From Candidatus Anstonellales archaeon (GTDB lineage: Archaea > Micrarchaeota > Micrarchaeia > Anstonellales > J096): DNA of 64,000 nucleotides. The position numbers and the translations under genes are program-made. Positions 63,288 to 64,000 of the stretch are shown here, piece by piece. The notes beneath the pieces are model-generated. The model was not told the DNA's origin and ran no database searches. It saw only the letters and a list, made by a program, of their open reading frames with translations. The first letter of the stretch is position 1. Every line of letters starts with the position of its first letter. Location: NCBI GenBank assembly GCA_038890745.1, contig JAWAFD010000001.1, forward strand, positions 156,907 through 220,906, written 5' to 3'.

Positions 63288-63679
63288 TCAGAATACGCGC
63301 TTTAGAGAATAAAGAAAAGAAGCGAATAAAGCCGTTCATCTCAAAAATATTTCCGAATGCAAATTTTACAATAAAAAATTCTGATGAGATATTTGTTTAT
63401 GAGATAGATTCCTCACCGGTTGCGTTTGCCCACTTAAGGGAATACCTGCGCGGAACTGTCCTTCTCGGTTTTGGTGTTTTGGAGGATTTCAGAGGACAAG
63501 GAATAGGAAAACAACTTCTTTCCTTTGTTGTTAATCTTGCTGAGAAATCCCATAAAACAATATACCTAAAAGTGAGGAAAAACAACCATGCGGCAGTTTC
63601 TCTTTATAAAAGTTTTGGATTTAGAATAATAAAACGCAAGGGCGACAGACTCATAATGAAGCGCGCTTGCTTCAGTTAG
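63284..63679 (+). CDS. GNAT acetyltransferase (RimI-like)
   Basis: FRGQGIG, N..AVSLYKSFGF. Confidence 0.88.
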   Translation: MIRIRALENKEKKRIKPFISKIFPNANFTIKNSDEIFVYEIDSSPVAFAHLREYLRGTVLLGFGVLEDFRGQGIGKQLLSFVVNLAEKSHKTIYLKVRKNNHAAVSLYKSFGFRIIKRKGDRLIMKRACFS

Positions 63680-63682
63680 AAT

Positions 63683-63794
63683 GGGGAAGTGGGGTAATCT
63701 GGTTAGCCTGCGAGCTTTGGGAGCTTGCGATCCCGGTTCAAAGAGCCCTATTCAGTTGGATGGTAGAAAGGGCTTGGAAATCCGGGCTTCCCCA
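63683..63794 (+). tRNA. tRNA-Pro(TGG) with 38-nt intron at 59/60 (63743-63780)
   Basis: GGGGAAG...CGAGC TTTGGGA GCTTG...CCCGG TTCAAA[GAGCCCT...AGGGCTTGGAAA]TCCGGG CTTCCCC A. Confidence 0.93.
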
Positions 63795-63926
63795 CTAAAC
63801 CTCGGGAGGAATACCGATGTCGTTTGCCGAAAGGCTTACTTAAGTTATTTTTAAATTTACTTAACCTAACTTAAGTAAAATCCAAATTTACTTAAGTTTA
63901 AAAATTTTTAGGTTATACATCCACAT

Positions 63927-64000
63927 ATGTACTTTGAAATAGAACCTAAAAGTAAGAAAAAAGATTTTTTTAACTATGAAAACGAATACGAGCAGATAAA
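63927..64000 (+). CDS. N-terminus of a probable archaeal ATP-binding protein (truncated by window end)
   Basis: MYFEIEPKSKKKDFFNYENEYEQI resembles the 'F..PK...D.F.RE.E' start of archaeal ATPases. Confidence 0.45.
   Translation, partial: MYFEIEPKSKKKDFFNYENEYEQI

Overview
This is an archaeal chromosome segment. It is gene-dense, has TTTAAA-type TATA boxes and many near-leaderless genes, and carries an unlinked 23S rRNA, eS26, HARP and non-canonical tRNA introns. Together these suggest a DPANN archaeon, most likely Micrarchaeota-like (inference). Most of the window is housekeeping: aEF-1beta, uL11, GatDE, Rpo7/Spt4, Cdc6, SepF, RNase Z, CarS, Rnl3 RNA ligase, HARP, LeuRS, Trm5, MCM, Taw1, Elp3, MAT, ThyX, OTCase, XPD and Nop5. 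The unusual content is mostly RNA-level. (1) A family of short GGGGG/CCCCC hairpin modules is tied to four tRNA genes: as tandem repeats behind tRNA-Arg(GCG), as 'spacers' in a CRISPR-like array whose repeats are tRNA-Ala 3' halves able to fold into acceptor+T-arm minihelices, as a 247-nt BHB intron in tRNA-Arg(TCT), and as a remnant behind tRNA-Pro. (2) Three tRNAs have introns at T-loop position 59/60. (3) A solitary 23S rRNA has six introns: one group I intron with a LAGLIDADG ORF, two large BHB introns with LAGLIDADG ORFs, and three mini BHB introns, two of which share an identical 20-nt loop. (4) There is a clear box C/D sRNA and an unassigned structured RNA candidate. An AT-rich defence island carries a type I R-M system with a Kiwa-like gene pair between hsdM and hsdS, a decayed type III Res fragment and a dif-like 11-6-11 palindrome. 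All calls come from reading the sequence by eye; no searches or folding programs were run.
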